Of a stretch of 64,000 nucleotides of DNA, positions 9,791-17,566 are shown piece after piece. A program made the position numbers and the translations under genes. The stretch's first letter is position 1. Every line of letters begins with the position of its first letter. Source of the DNA: Pluralibacter sp. (GTDB lineage: Bacteria; Pseudomonadota; Gammaproteobacteria; Enterobacterales; Enterobacteriaceae); NCBI RefSeq assembly GCF_019237635.1, contig NZ_JAFAGS010000020.1:2197-66196 (forward strand). The letters are read 5' to 3'. The notes under the pieces are model-generated. The model had not been told where the DNA came from, ran no database searches, and was given only the letters and a program-made list of their open reading frames with translations.

Positions 9791-10307
9791 AACTGCAATC
9801 TGGACACTCCTGGCGCTCAGCCTGAGCGGTTGCGGCCTGACACAGAGCGTCAGCGATGGCACCAAATCGGCATTTAACGCGGTGTTTTATAAAAAAATAG
9901 AGGTGCTGCATCTCGATATTACCGCCCGTGAAGCGCTGAATACCGATGCACGGGAGAGCAACTCTCTCTCAGTGCCGATGGTGGTGCGGGTGTATCAACT
10001 TAAGGATCGCAAAGTGTTCGATAAAATCACCTATCAGCAGTTGTTAAATGAGGGCGATACCCTGCTGAAGGCGGATTTGCTCGCCAGCCGCGAGCGGGTC
10101 ATCAAGCCCGGCGGCGATGTCTCTTTAGATATGCCAATGGAAGCGGAGGCTAAATTTGTCGCTGCCGTAGGGCTGTTCCGCTATCCCGACCTGACCCACG
10201 AGGGATGGAAACAGGTGCTCGAGCGAGAGGCGCTGGATCCTGACAAACCGCGCGTACTGGAAGCCGGGAGTAACCGGCTGGAGCTTATCCCGCTGGAGAG
10301 CAAATAA
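9768..10307 (+). CDS. tssJ: Type VI secretion outer-membrane lipoprotein TssJ (179 aa)
   Basis: GTG start with RBS aagga 7 nt upstream. Signal peptide with lipobox LSLSGC is present. The 5' part of the 9666 ORF lies inside tssG, so I trimmed it. Confidence 0.8.
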   Translation: MLPTNLAKTAIWTLLALSLSGCGLTQSVSDGTKSAFNAVFYKKIEVLHLDITAREALNTDARESNSLSVPMVVRVYQLKDRKVFDKITYQQLLNEGDTLLKADLLASRERVIKPGGDVSLDMPMEAEAKFVAAVGLFRYPDLTHEGWKQVLEREALDPDKPRVLEAGSNRLELIPLESK

Positions 10308-10750
10308 TGTCGCGTCCTTCCCTGCATGAGATGCTGTACGACAATTTTACCGGGGGGCTGACACTCTCGCAGGTAAGTGAGGCAAATCAGCTTATTCTGT
10401 CAGTGCTGGACAATATGCAGCGTATTCTCAACAGCCGGGCGGGGAGCATCAAACATCTTCCCGATTACGGTTTGCCGGATATGACCCGCATTCTGCAAGG
10501 TATGCCGGGTACGGTGCACCAACTGATGACGACGTTTTCCTCAGTGCTGCTGAAATACGAACCGCGTCTTAAACGCGTCGGTGTTGTGATCCTCCCGCAA
10601 ACGCAACCCGGAGAATTACGCTATGCCATCGACGCTGAGCTCTATGAAGCAGGCCTGGTGCGCTATGGCACGGAATTTATGCCTGAAGGGAAAATTTTGC
10701 TGCGCCACCTCAAACAGCAGCAGTTTATTGATACCCGCGCCCGGCTGTAA
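10307..10750 (+). CDS. tssE: Type VI secretion baseplate protein TssE (gp25-like, 147 aa)
   Basis: The ATG overlaps the tssJ stop (TAATG). Size and position fit, and the gp25-like sequence IKHLPDYGLPDM is present. Confidence 0.8.
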   Translation: MSRPSLHEMLYDNFTGGLTLSQVSEANQLILSVLDNMQRILNSRAGSIKHLPDYGLPDMTRILQGMPGTVHQLMTTFSSVLLKYEPRLKRVGVVILPQTQPGELRYAIDAELYEAGLVRYGTEFMPEGKILLRHLKQQQFIDTRARL

Positions 10751-10778
10751 CCCTCTTTTCTGACATTGATACTTTCCT

Positions 10779-12086
10779 ATGACCTGGATAACTGAACGAC
10801 ACCTCCGTACCGGCGGCGATCCGCGCACGCTTGCCGATTACGCATTACTGCGTGATGAACTGAATAAACTGGCCCATCCGGCGCGTCCGGACGTTAACTG
10901 GCGACAGGCAGAAAAACTCTGCCTGTCGCTGTTTGAACAAAACGGCGTGGAGTTACAAACCGCCGCGTGGTACACGCTGGCGCGTACGCACCTGACGGGC
11001 CTGCACGGGATGAATGAAGGGTTGGCGCTGCTGGAGGCGCTGATATCCCGCCAGTGGGGTAATCTTTGGCCGCCGCAGACTCATGCGCGTATGGAGATCC
11101 TGAGCGCAGTAAGTAAGCGGTTGCAACAGGTGATGCGGACACTCACGCTGACATATGCCGATCTCAGCCAGCTGTATCAGGCGGAAAAAACGCTGACCCG
11201 GTTAGGGGACGTACTCCAGCGGCTGGAGTTGAAGCACCTGAGTCAGTTCGACACGTTGCGTACACAGATGCATACCTCGGCGGTCAGGCTGGAGAACAGC
11301 GAGGGCGCGCCGGAGAATACCCCGCAGCCGGTTGGCGCGCTCATCGCTGAGCCGGATGAAAGAGTAAAATGGGTATACATTGCTGAGCCTCAGCCGAATG
11401 TGGCGGTCATGACTGAACGGACGCAACCAGCAACGTCCTGGAAACCCTTCGTGGCTGGCGCGTTGTCAATGCTGGTGGTGGGCGGCGTGGCGCTATGGGG
11501 CTGGCAGGCGTTGAATCCGCCCGATCCGGCATTACGCCAGTTAGCCGCTTCGCTTGAGCCATTACCGACAACGTTGTCGACTGACCAGCTACAGCGCCTG
11601 CAACAGAAATCGCCGTCGCCGGAGGAGGGCATCAAAAAGACGCGACAGCAGTTGGAACGCCTGGCCCGTCTGTCGCCGGACTGGTCCATTCGTTACAGCA
11701 AACAGCTTATCCAGCAGGCGCTGACGCTGTGGCCTGAGCAGGCTTTACCTCTTGCCGCGCAATGGCGGCAGCAGCAAAATGCGGCCGTGCTGCCCGTTGA
11801 AAAACTCAACGGCTGGCATCAGGGAATGTCGCAGCTGCAACAGCTTACGCAGAGACTGAACGCGCTGGATGAAAAGCGCGGCAAATACATGACGGTGAGT
11901 GAGCTGAAATCTGAGGTGTTTACGATTATGCAGGCATTCAATAGCACGATTCCTGCGGAGGAGTATTTACGGCAACTGGCGCAGATGCCGCCAGAACAAC
12001 CGCTGTCGACAGCGCAAATAACCCAGGCGGAGATGTCTCTGGAGACCTTGTTAAGTTTATATTCACAGATTGCTGACAGGAAATAA
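10779..12086 (+). CDS. Membrane-anchored ImpA_N-domain accessory protein (TagA/VasL-like, 435 aa)
   Basis: The N-terminus (DPRTLADYALLRDELNKLAHPARPDVNW...) resembles an ImpA_N domain. A central TM segment (FVAGALSMLVVGGVALWGW) and a Q/L-rich C-terminal part follow. It is the last gene of the T6SS block. Confidence 0.7.
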   Translation: MTWITERHLRTGGDPRTLADYALLRDELNKLAHPARPDVNWRQAEKLCLSLFEQNGVELQTAAWYTLARTHLTGLHGMNEGLALLEALISRQWGNLWPPQTHARMEILSAVSKRLQQVMRTLTLTYADLSQLYQAEKTLTRLGDVLQRLELKHLSQFDTLRTQMHTSAVRLENSEGAPENTPQPVGALIAEPDERVKWVYIAEPQPNVAVMTERTQPATSWKPFVAGALSMLVVGGVALWGWQALNPPDPALRQLAASLEPLPTTLSTDQLQRLQQKSPSPEEGIKKTRQQLERLARLSPDWSIRYSKQLIQQALTLWPEQALPLAAQWRQQQNAAVLPVEKLNGWHQGMSQLQQLTQRLNALDEKRGKYMTVSELKSEVFTIMQAFNSTIPAEEYLRQLAQMPPEQPLSTAQITQAEMSLETLLSLYSQIADRK

Positions 12087-12121
12087 AAAGGAGGGGAATC
12101 AGTCGGATTAGGTGATTCCCC
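12085..12121 (-). terminator. Hairpin terminator between the T6SS block and the CBS-BON gene
   Basis: Stem GGGGAATC (12093-12100) pairs with GATTCCCC (12114-12121). On the minus strand it is followed by TCCTTTTTATTT, so it best fits termination of the minus-strand operon. Confidence 0.55.
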
Positions 12122-12192
12122 CCAAATAGAGGCGTTAAGCCTGACGGACTGCGTCGTTGCGCTAATCTCTAATTAATCGCTTAAACAATGCT

Positions 12193-12930
12193 TTATTGCT
12201 CCGGGCTTCCCTGGGGGGTGATATACAACCCGGTAATCGGTTCGATAAACACAAGGTGGTCCCGAATATCACGTGTTTCGGTTACCTCCTCGACCAGCGT
12301 AATAATCGCGGCGCGTAAATCTTCATCTAAAATCGTGCCGTAGATATCCACCACGCCATGGGTGACGGTAATACGAAGATTATTTTTGGGCGCCCAGCTC
12401 TCACGCTCCATGGCGTCGATTATTTTTTGCTTCATGGTTTCATCGTTAATTTTGTTTGCTACCGCATTTCCCGGGCTGCGGTTGTGAATCAATAGGGTGC
12501 GCAGCGCCTTCAGGATATCAACACGTGTAATAATGCCGACCAGCTGCGCATCATCCACAACCGGCATACGCTTAATCCCGTACGTTTCCATCAGGCTAAT
12601 AACCTCATCCAGCGGCATTTCAGGCCCCACCGTCAGCGGAGAAGGGGTCATCACTTCCCCTGCGTAGCGGGCATGGCTCTGCACATAATCGCGGGCCAGT
12701 TTCCCCGGGCTTAAAAATAACTCCTTCCAGTGCGGGCGTTTGATCTCCGTCCCCAGTTCGCTACGGCGCAGCAGGTCGCCTTCCGTCACGATCCCCGTCA
12801 TTTTTCCATTGCCGTCCAGCACAGGCAGGCCGCTTATCTGCAGGTTAAGGAGCAGGCTTACCACTTCGAGAATGGGGGTATCTTCATTTACCGTTACCGG
12901 CGCGGTGGTCATTACATCAGCAGCAATCAT
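12193..12930 (-). CDS. CBS-pair plus BON-like domain protein (245 aa)
   Basis: Two CBS motifs are present (VMTTAPVTV...GIVTEGDLLR and VMTPSPLTV...GIITRVDILK). The C-terminal part looks BON-like (ITVTHGVVDIYGTI...). RBS aggaga is present, and the start lies 2 nt after the stop of the upstream MFS gene. Confidence 0.8.
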   Translation of the reverse strand: MIAADVMTTAPVTVNEDTPILEVVSLLLNLQISGLPVLDGNGKMTGIVTEGDLLRRSELGTEIKRPHWKELFLSPGKLARDYVQSHARYAGEVMTPSPLTVGPEMPLDEVISLMETYGIKRMPVVDDAQLVGIITRVDILKALRTLLIHNRSPGNAVANKINDETMKQKIIDAMERESWAPKNNLRITVTHGVVDIYGTILDEDLRAAIITLVEEVTETRDIRDHLVFIEPITGLYITPQGSPEQ

Positions 12931-12932
12931 GA

Positions 12933-14174
12933 TTATCTCCTGGCCTTAAGGCTTTTCAGTGCGGGACCGTTGGTGACGAATTCGGGGCTGGCAGGCAGCT
13001 GGCGCGCGCGTCCAGCCAGATAGCCCAGCCCTGCAAGGAGGATGGCAAGGGCGACGCAGCCGACAAGCGGTGGTGTCCAACTGCCCAGTCTGTCGTGGAT
13101 CAGACCGACTGCCGTCGGGCCCGTGGCGGCCAGCAGGTAACCCACGCTTTGCGCCATCCCGGACAAGGCAGAGGCCTGGGCTGCATTGGATGAACGCAGG
13201 GTGATAAAGGCAAGCCCAAGAATGACGCCTGCGCCTGTGCTGATGCCGAGGAGGACGACCCAAAATGTCGCCAGTGAAGGCAGCATCATCAGCCCGACAA
13301 GGCCTACGGCTCCCGTGAGGGCGAACAGAACGCCCGGCGCGCGCTGGTCGCGAAGTCTGGCCAGTACGGGACCGATGAAAAAGCCAGGGATAGCCGTCGA
13401 GAGCTGAAGCACCCCATGAAGTGAACCGGCCTCAGAGATACTGAAACCAAGGCTCTGTAACATCGCCGGCAGCCAGGCGACGATGATGTAGTAAATAAAC
13501 GAGTTCAGACCAAAGTAGAGAGAGACTTGCCAGGCAAGACCTGCGCCCCATACGCCTGCCGAAGGTTGAGCTTGCGGGCCGTCCTTACTTTGCGGCGCTC
13601 CGTGGCGCACCAGTTGCGGGAGCCATACCACAAGCGCGATCAGCGGAAATGCCAGCGTGATCATTAGCGCATTCTGCCATCCGGTGTGGAAATGGTTCGT
13701 CAGGGGAACGACCGTCGCAGACCCCAGTGCGGCCGCCAGCCCCATGGTCAGGGCATATAATCCTGTCAGGCTTGCTGCTTTGTGCGGGAGGTCTCGCTTT
13801 AATATTCCGGGGAGTAATACGTTACCGAGGGCAATCCCGAGCCCAATCAGCAGGGTTCCCGCGTATAATCCGACGAGGCCGGTAAAGGAGCGAAGGCATA
13901 CCCCAGCGGCGATGATCGCCAGAGAACAGAAAAGCGTACGTTCCATACCCGCGCGGCGGGCGATGCCAGCGGCAAAGGGGGAGAAAACGGCAAACGCCAG
14001 CAGCGGTAAGGTTTGCAGTAAACCTGCCTGCGCAGCGGTCAGCGTAAACGTCTCTCTGACCAACTCCTGTAATGGTGCAAGGCTGGTGAACGGCGCCCGC
14101 AGGTTCGTGGCGATCAGCAGTATCCCAATGATTAATAATCCTGTTTTCTTTTGAACTATTGGTGTTTCACGCAT
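12933..14174 (-). CDS. MFS transporter, CynX/NimT (YeaN)-like (413 aa)
   Basis: Twelve-TM profile. The N-terminal region (...IGILLIATNLRAPFTSLAPL...AQAGLLQTLPLLAFAVFSPFAAGIARRAGMER) matches my recollection of E. coli YeaN/CynX. An AraC-type regulator is divergent, as with yeaM-yeaN. Confidence 0.8.
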   Translation of the reverse strand: MRETPIVQKKTGLLIIGILLIATNLRAPFTSLAPLQELVRETFTLTAAQAGLLQTLPLLAFAVFSPFAAGIARRAGMERTLFCSLAIIAAGVCLRSFTGLVGLYAGTLLIGLGIALGNVLLPGILKRDLPHKAASLTGLYALTMGLAAALGSATVVPLTNHFHTGWQNALMITLAFPLIALVVWLPQLVRHGAPQSKDGPQAQPSAGVWGAGLAWQVSLYFGLNSFIYYIIVAWLPAMLQSLGFSISEAGSLHGVLQLSTAIPGFFIGPVLARLRDQRAPGVLFALTGAVGLVGLMMLPSLATFWVVLLGISTGAGVILGLAFITLRSSNAAQASALSGMAQSVGYLLAATGPTAVGLIHDRLGSWTPPLVGCVALAILLAGLGYLAGRARQLPASPEFVTNGPALKSLKARR

Positions 14175-14309
14175 TGTTTTGGCTCTGAATTAAATGTCGC
14201 AGGCACTATAGCGGTTTGCGTTTGTGTCTTAATATCGATATAAAGGCAATCAATCTCTAAATTTTGCCAAAATGCAGTCTGGCGGGACGTCTTGCGAGGG
14301 CGTTACGAA

Positions 14310-15086
14310 ATGTCACTTTCTAAGTCATTGAAAAATTTTAATATTGACGATAACACCAATCCGGTGGTCGCCATGAAGGTGCAATCAGCGAAAAGCGATG
14401 AGGAACTGCCGTTCCACGTACACCGGAAAGGACAATTGATCCTGACGCTGCATGGAGGGGTCACTTGCCTGGCGCCTACGGCCTACTGGATGGTGCCGGC
14501 ACACTGCGCCGCCTGGATACCCGCAGGCCAGCCGCACAGCAACAGAGTGACGCCGAACGCGCAAGTGCTGTTTTTGTATCTCGAACCGGATGCCACAGGT
14601 ATGCCGCAGGAGTGCTGCACGTTGCAGATTAGCCCTCTGTTGCGCGAGATGATGAAGCACTTTGAGGAATTTGCGCAGGACTACGCGCCCGACAGCCATA
14701 CGGCCAGATTTGCGCATGTGATGTTGCACGAGCTTTCACAGATGCCGGTTGAGCGACTGAGCCTGCCTGTCAGCGACAATATGCGGATCCGACAACTGGC
14801 CGATAGCCTGATGGAGAATCCTGGCGACAGAAGCTCACTGGACGTCTGGGCCAGCAGAATGGCCATGAGCAAACGCACGTTCGAGCGCTTTGTGCTGAAA
14901 GAGACCGGCATGACATTTGGGCGCTGGCGTCAGCAACTACAGGTACTGGTGGCGATACGACTGCTTGTGACCGGTGTGTCCGTGCAGAATACGGCGTATG
15001 AACTTGGCTATGACTCCGTTACGGCATTTATTACTATGTTCAAGAAGATGTTAGGAACAACGCCCGGTCGTTATCTCGACAATTAA
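14310..15086 (+). CDS. AraC-family regulator with N-terminal cupin domain (NimR/YeaM-like, 258 aa)
   Basis: ATG at 14310; the ORF-track start at 14292 is TTG. It has a cupin-like N-terminus (HVHRKGQLILTLHG) and a C-terminal AraC HTH (...YELGYDSVTAFITMFKKMLGTTPGRY). It is divergent from the MFS gene. Confidence 0.8.
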   Translation: MSLSKSLKNFNIDDNTNPVVAMKVQSAKSDEELPFHVHRKGQLILTLHGGVTCLAPTAYWMVPAHCAAWIPAGQPHSNRVTPNAQVLFLYLEPDATGMPQECCTLQISPLLREMMKHFEEFAQDYAPDSHTARFAHVMLHELSQMPVERLSLPVSDNMRIRQLADSLMENPGDRSSLDVWASRMAMSKRTFERFVLKETGMTFGRWRQQLQVLVAIRLLVTGVSVQNTAYELGYDSVTAFITMFKKMLGTTPGRYLDN

Positions 15087-15244
15087 GCGTACGTCCGAAC
15101 CATGGTTATCCTGAATTGTCGTAATTTAGCGATAACCTGGCGCTGAAGAAAGATGATGTACCGCCATCCATATGTAAAATATATTCCGCTGAATAGCCGA
15201 TTAATTTAAATGGTCCGTTTCAATTGCTATCCGGGGAATAATAA

Positions 15245-15724
15245 ATGAACAGCGTCTTAAAGGAACAAAAACTTTTAACATTGTGGCGGTTACTGGAAAA
15301 TGCCGTTAAGGAACCTTCACCTTATACCCTGATGCAACTGACAACCGTATCGCCTGCGCCCCCAACGGGCCCCAGAACCGTAGCGCTTTGCGGCGTAGAC
15401 CGTAAGGCGGGCGTGCTGGCTTTTACCTCCAATTTTTGCCCGCAAAAAAACAGGGAAATCAATACTAATCCACAGGTTGCATTACTGGCGCTTGAGGGTG
15501 AAAAGGGAATGCGGCTGCGGATAGAGGGATGTGCAGAAATCATTACCGACCGCGCTATCTGTGACAACAGTTTTCCTCATCACCGAATGTCGATTGCGAA
15601 CATGGAGCTGATTCATGTCAATATCGATAAAATAGACTGGATTGAGTCTGACGATATTCCGCAAATCCGCAATATTTATATTAACATTTCCGGTGAATGG
15701 GTTAGTTATTGCGTTATCCCATAA
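15245..15724 (+). CDS. Pyridoxamine-5'-phosphate-oxidase-like FMN-binding split-barrel protein (159 aa)
   Basis: The motif RTVALCGVDRKAGVLAFTSNFCPQKNREINTNPQVALLA parallels [37 protein letters not shown] of PdxH in this window. RBS gggga is present. The region is AT-richer. Confidence 0.7.
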   Translation: MNSVLKEQKLLTLWRLLENAVKEPSPYTLMQLTTVSPAPPTGPRTVALCGVDRKAGVLAFTSNFCPQKNREINTNPQVALLALEGEKGMRLRIEGCAEIITDRAICDNSFPHHRMSIANMELIHVNIDKIDWIESDDIPQIRNIYINISGEWVSYCVIP

Positions 15725-15765
15725 TTAAAGACCGATTACCGCTAAAGCAGAAATAGGGGATACCT

Positions 15766-16314
15766 GTGTCCATTTATCATATTGGCACCATCAAGGCATT
15801 AGCCGACTGGATTGACGAGAATCTCGATCAACCCTTGACGATAGATGATATCGCTCTGAAATCGGGGTATACGAAGTGGCATATGCAACGGTTGTTCAAA
15901 AGCGTTACCGGGTATGCTGTTGCACACTATATTCGCGCCCGTAAGTTAACCAATGCAGCAATTGCAATACGATTAACCCGGGAAAGGCTTGATGATATTT
16001 CAGCCTATTTTTACTTTTGCTCACCGCAATCTTTTTCACGGGCATTCAACCGACAATTTGGGATGTCTCCGCTGGCTTACCGGAAAATGGGGGAGTGGTC
16101 ATCCACGGGGTTTGTGATGCCATTTATGACAGAGACTATCTCTGTATCGCCAGTCGGAGCCAGCGCGTTTTCCCGGGAAAACCGTTGCGTCTGGCTCCTG
16201 AAAAACAATACTGTTAGCTGCGGCTATTTCAGAAGAGTCCCGTCCGACGAGATGCTGGCGGCGCAAATGAAAGCGCTGGTGTTCTCTGCCTGCATCGGTC
16301 AGCGGGCAGAATAA
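15766..16314 (+). CDS. MarA/SoxS/Rob-family AraC-type regulator with an atypical 70-aa tail (182 aa)
   Basis: GTG start. The first 110 aa or so align with the MarA double HTH (SGYTKWHMQRLFK...SPQSFSRAFNRQFGMSPLAYR). The C-terminal tail is unrecognisable and may be a truncated effector domain. Confidence 0.65.
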   Translation: MSIYHIGTIKALADWIDENLDQPLTIDDIALKSGYTKWHMQRLFKSVTGYAVAHYIRARKLTNAAIAIRLTRERLDDISAYFYFCSPQSFSRAFNRQFGMSPLAYRKMGEWSSTGFVMPFMTETISVSPVGASAFSRENRCVWLLKNNTVSCGYFRRVPSDEMLAAQMKALVFSACIGQRAE

Positions 16315-16421
16315 CAAACGACGCGCGACGGATAGCCCGAAATCATCATGTGAAACGTATTGAGGGTAGTAAAAGGGAGATACACGGGGAAACAAGGGCA
16401 CCAGATCACTTCGTTGTGAAA

Positions 16422-16498
16422 TGGTGCGTCCGAGTGGACTCGAACCACCGACCCCCACCATGTCAAGGTGGTGCTCTAACCAACTGAGCTACGGACGC
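16422..16498 (-). tRNA. tRNA-Val (anticodon GAC), 77 nt with encoded CCA
   Basis: Reverse complement is GCGTCCGTAGCTCAGTTGGTTAGAGCACCACCTTGACATGGTGGGGGTCGGTGGTTCGAGTCCACTCGGACGCACCA. It has a cloverleaf-compatible acceptor stem and matches a recalled E. coli tRNA-Val2. Confidence 0.95.
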
Positions 16499-16502
16499 AG
16501 AA

Positions 16503-16579
16503 TGGTGCGTTTAATTGGACTCGAACCAACGACCCCCACCATGTCAAGGTGGTGCTCTAACCAACTGAGCTATAAACGC
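16503..16579 (-). tRNA. tRNA-Val (anticodon GAC), 77 nt, acceptor-stem variant
   Basis: Reverse complement is GCGTTTATAGCTCAG...CCTTGACATGG...GAGTCCAATTAAACGCACCA. It differs from the third copy by a compensatory base-pair change in the acceptor stem. Confidence 0.95.
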
Positions 16580-16581
16580 AA

Positions 16582-16658
16582 TGGTGCGTTCAATTGGACT
16601 CGAACCAACGACCCCCACCATGTCAAGGTGGTGCTCTAACCAACTGAGCTATGAACGC
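16582..16658 (-). tRNA. tRNA-Val (anticodon GAC), 77 nt
   Basis: Reverse complement is GCGTTCATAGCTCAGTTGGTTAGAGCACCACCTTGACATGGTGGGGGTCGTTGGTTCGAGTCCAATTGAACGCACCA. It matches the other recalled E. coli tRNA-Val2 species. Confidence 0.95.
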
Positions 16659-16683
16659 AATGTTGTGGTGACAACGGGGACGA

Positions 16684-16712
16684 ATATTAGCGGCAGCCAC
16701 GAGGCGTGGCAA
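16684..16712 (-). promoter_or_regulatory. Putative sigma70 promoter of the tRNA-Val operon
   Basis: On the minus strand, TTGCCA (16712-16707), a 17-nt spacer and TAATAT (16689-16684) are followed by a GC-rich discriminator (TCGTCCCCG). It lies about 25 nt upstream of the first tRNA. Confidence 0.55.
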
Positions 16713-16910
16713 GAGGGAAATGTCACTTTTCTTCCGTATTTCACGCGATTGGACGACTATTGTGCAAATTTTGATTAAATATTGTTATCCATCAATAGGT
16801 TGTCCTGTTGGAGCAAAGTGAAAAGTTAATATAAAATGTACCTGTGGGTTGCGCTGTACACCGGTCAGGTGAGGTCATGCCGCCGAAAATTTACCGTACA
16901 GGGGTTGTTG

Positions 16911-17519
16911 ATGAAGAATAAAGAGCGAAAAGCGCGCGGCTTGCCCTACCATTACGATGATCCAGAGATCATTGATGAGCAAAAGGCCTACGTCGAGAGG
17001 CTGTATGATTTTAATGCCACTCGTCCCTGCGAACAGGAGAAGAGGCAGGCGCTGCTAAAGGCGATGTTTGCAGAAGTTGGGGAAGGCTGCCAGGTTGAAC
17101 CGCCGGTGCGTTCAAACTGGGGCTGTCGTCACGTGCATCTGGGCAGCGGGGTGTTCTGCAATACCAATCTTACCTTTATCGATGATGCTGAGATAACTAT
17201 CGGCGATAACACCATGATTGCGCCAAACGTGGTGATTACTACCGCAGGTCACCCCATACTGCCTGTGCTGCGCGAGAATAACTATGTTTACGCGTTTCCG
17301 GTACACATTGGCAAAAATGTCTGGATTGGTTCCGGAGTACAAATATTGCCGGGCGTCACCATTGGCGACAATTCGGTGATTGGGGCAGGGAGCGTCGTGA
17401 CGAAAGATATTCCGGCAAACGTGGTGGCGCTGGGCGTTCCGTGCCGGGTTGTGCGGGAAATCGGCGAGCAGGACAAACAGTTTTTCTTTAAAGATAAGGC
17501 GCTGGATGTCTGGGAGTAA
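16911..17519 (+). CDS. Galactoside/maltose O-acetyltransferase, LacA-like hexapeptide-repeat protein (202 aa)
   Basis: ATG at 16911 with RBS agggg. Strong resemblance to recalled E. coli LacA (...VEPPV...TIGDNxxIAPNV...GHP...FPxxIGxNVWIGSxVxIxPGVTIGDNSVIGAGSxVTKDIPxNVVAxGVPCRVxREI). No lacZ or lacY is nearby. Confidence 0.85.
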   Translation: MKNKERKARGLPYHYDDPEIIDEQKAYVERLYDFNATRPCEQEKRQALLKAMFAEVGEGCQVEPPVRSNWGCRHVHLGSGVFCNTNLTFIDDAEITIGDNTMIAPNVVITTAGHPILPVLRENNYVYAFPVHIGKNVWIGSGVQILPGVTIGDNSVIGAGSVVTKDIPANVVALGVPCRVVREIGEQDKQFFFKDKALDVWE

Positions 17520-17533
17520 GACGGCGAGGCGTG

Positions 17534-17561
17534 AAAAAACCGCCGCAGGAAGCGGCGGTTT
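17534..17561. terminator. Bidirectional hairpin terminator (lacA-like / mdtK)
   Basis: Stem AACCGCCGC-aggaa-GCGGCGGTT is flanked by A6 on the left, which reads as T6 on the minus strand. Confidence 0.7.
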
Positions 17562-17566
17562 GCAGG

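Noticed and set aside
9230-9865. 211-aa minus-strand ORF opposite tssG/tssJ
   Set aside because: It is an antisense shadow ORF overlapping two coupled T6SS genes.
16421-16778. 72-aa and 65-aa plus-strand ORFs (MVRPSGLEPPTPTMSRWCSNQLSY...)
   Set aside because: These are translations of the antisense strand of the three tRNA-Val genes. The repeated peptide is an artefact of the repeated tRNA sequence.
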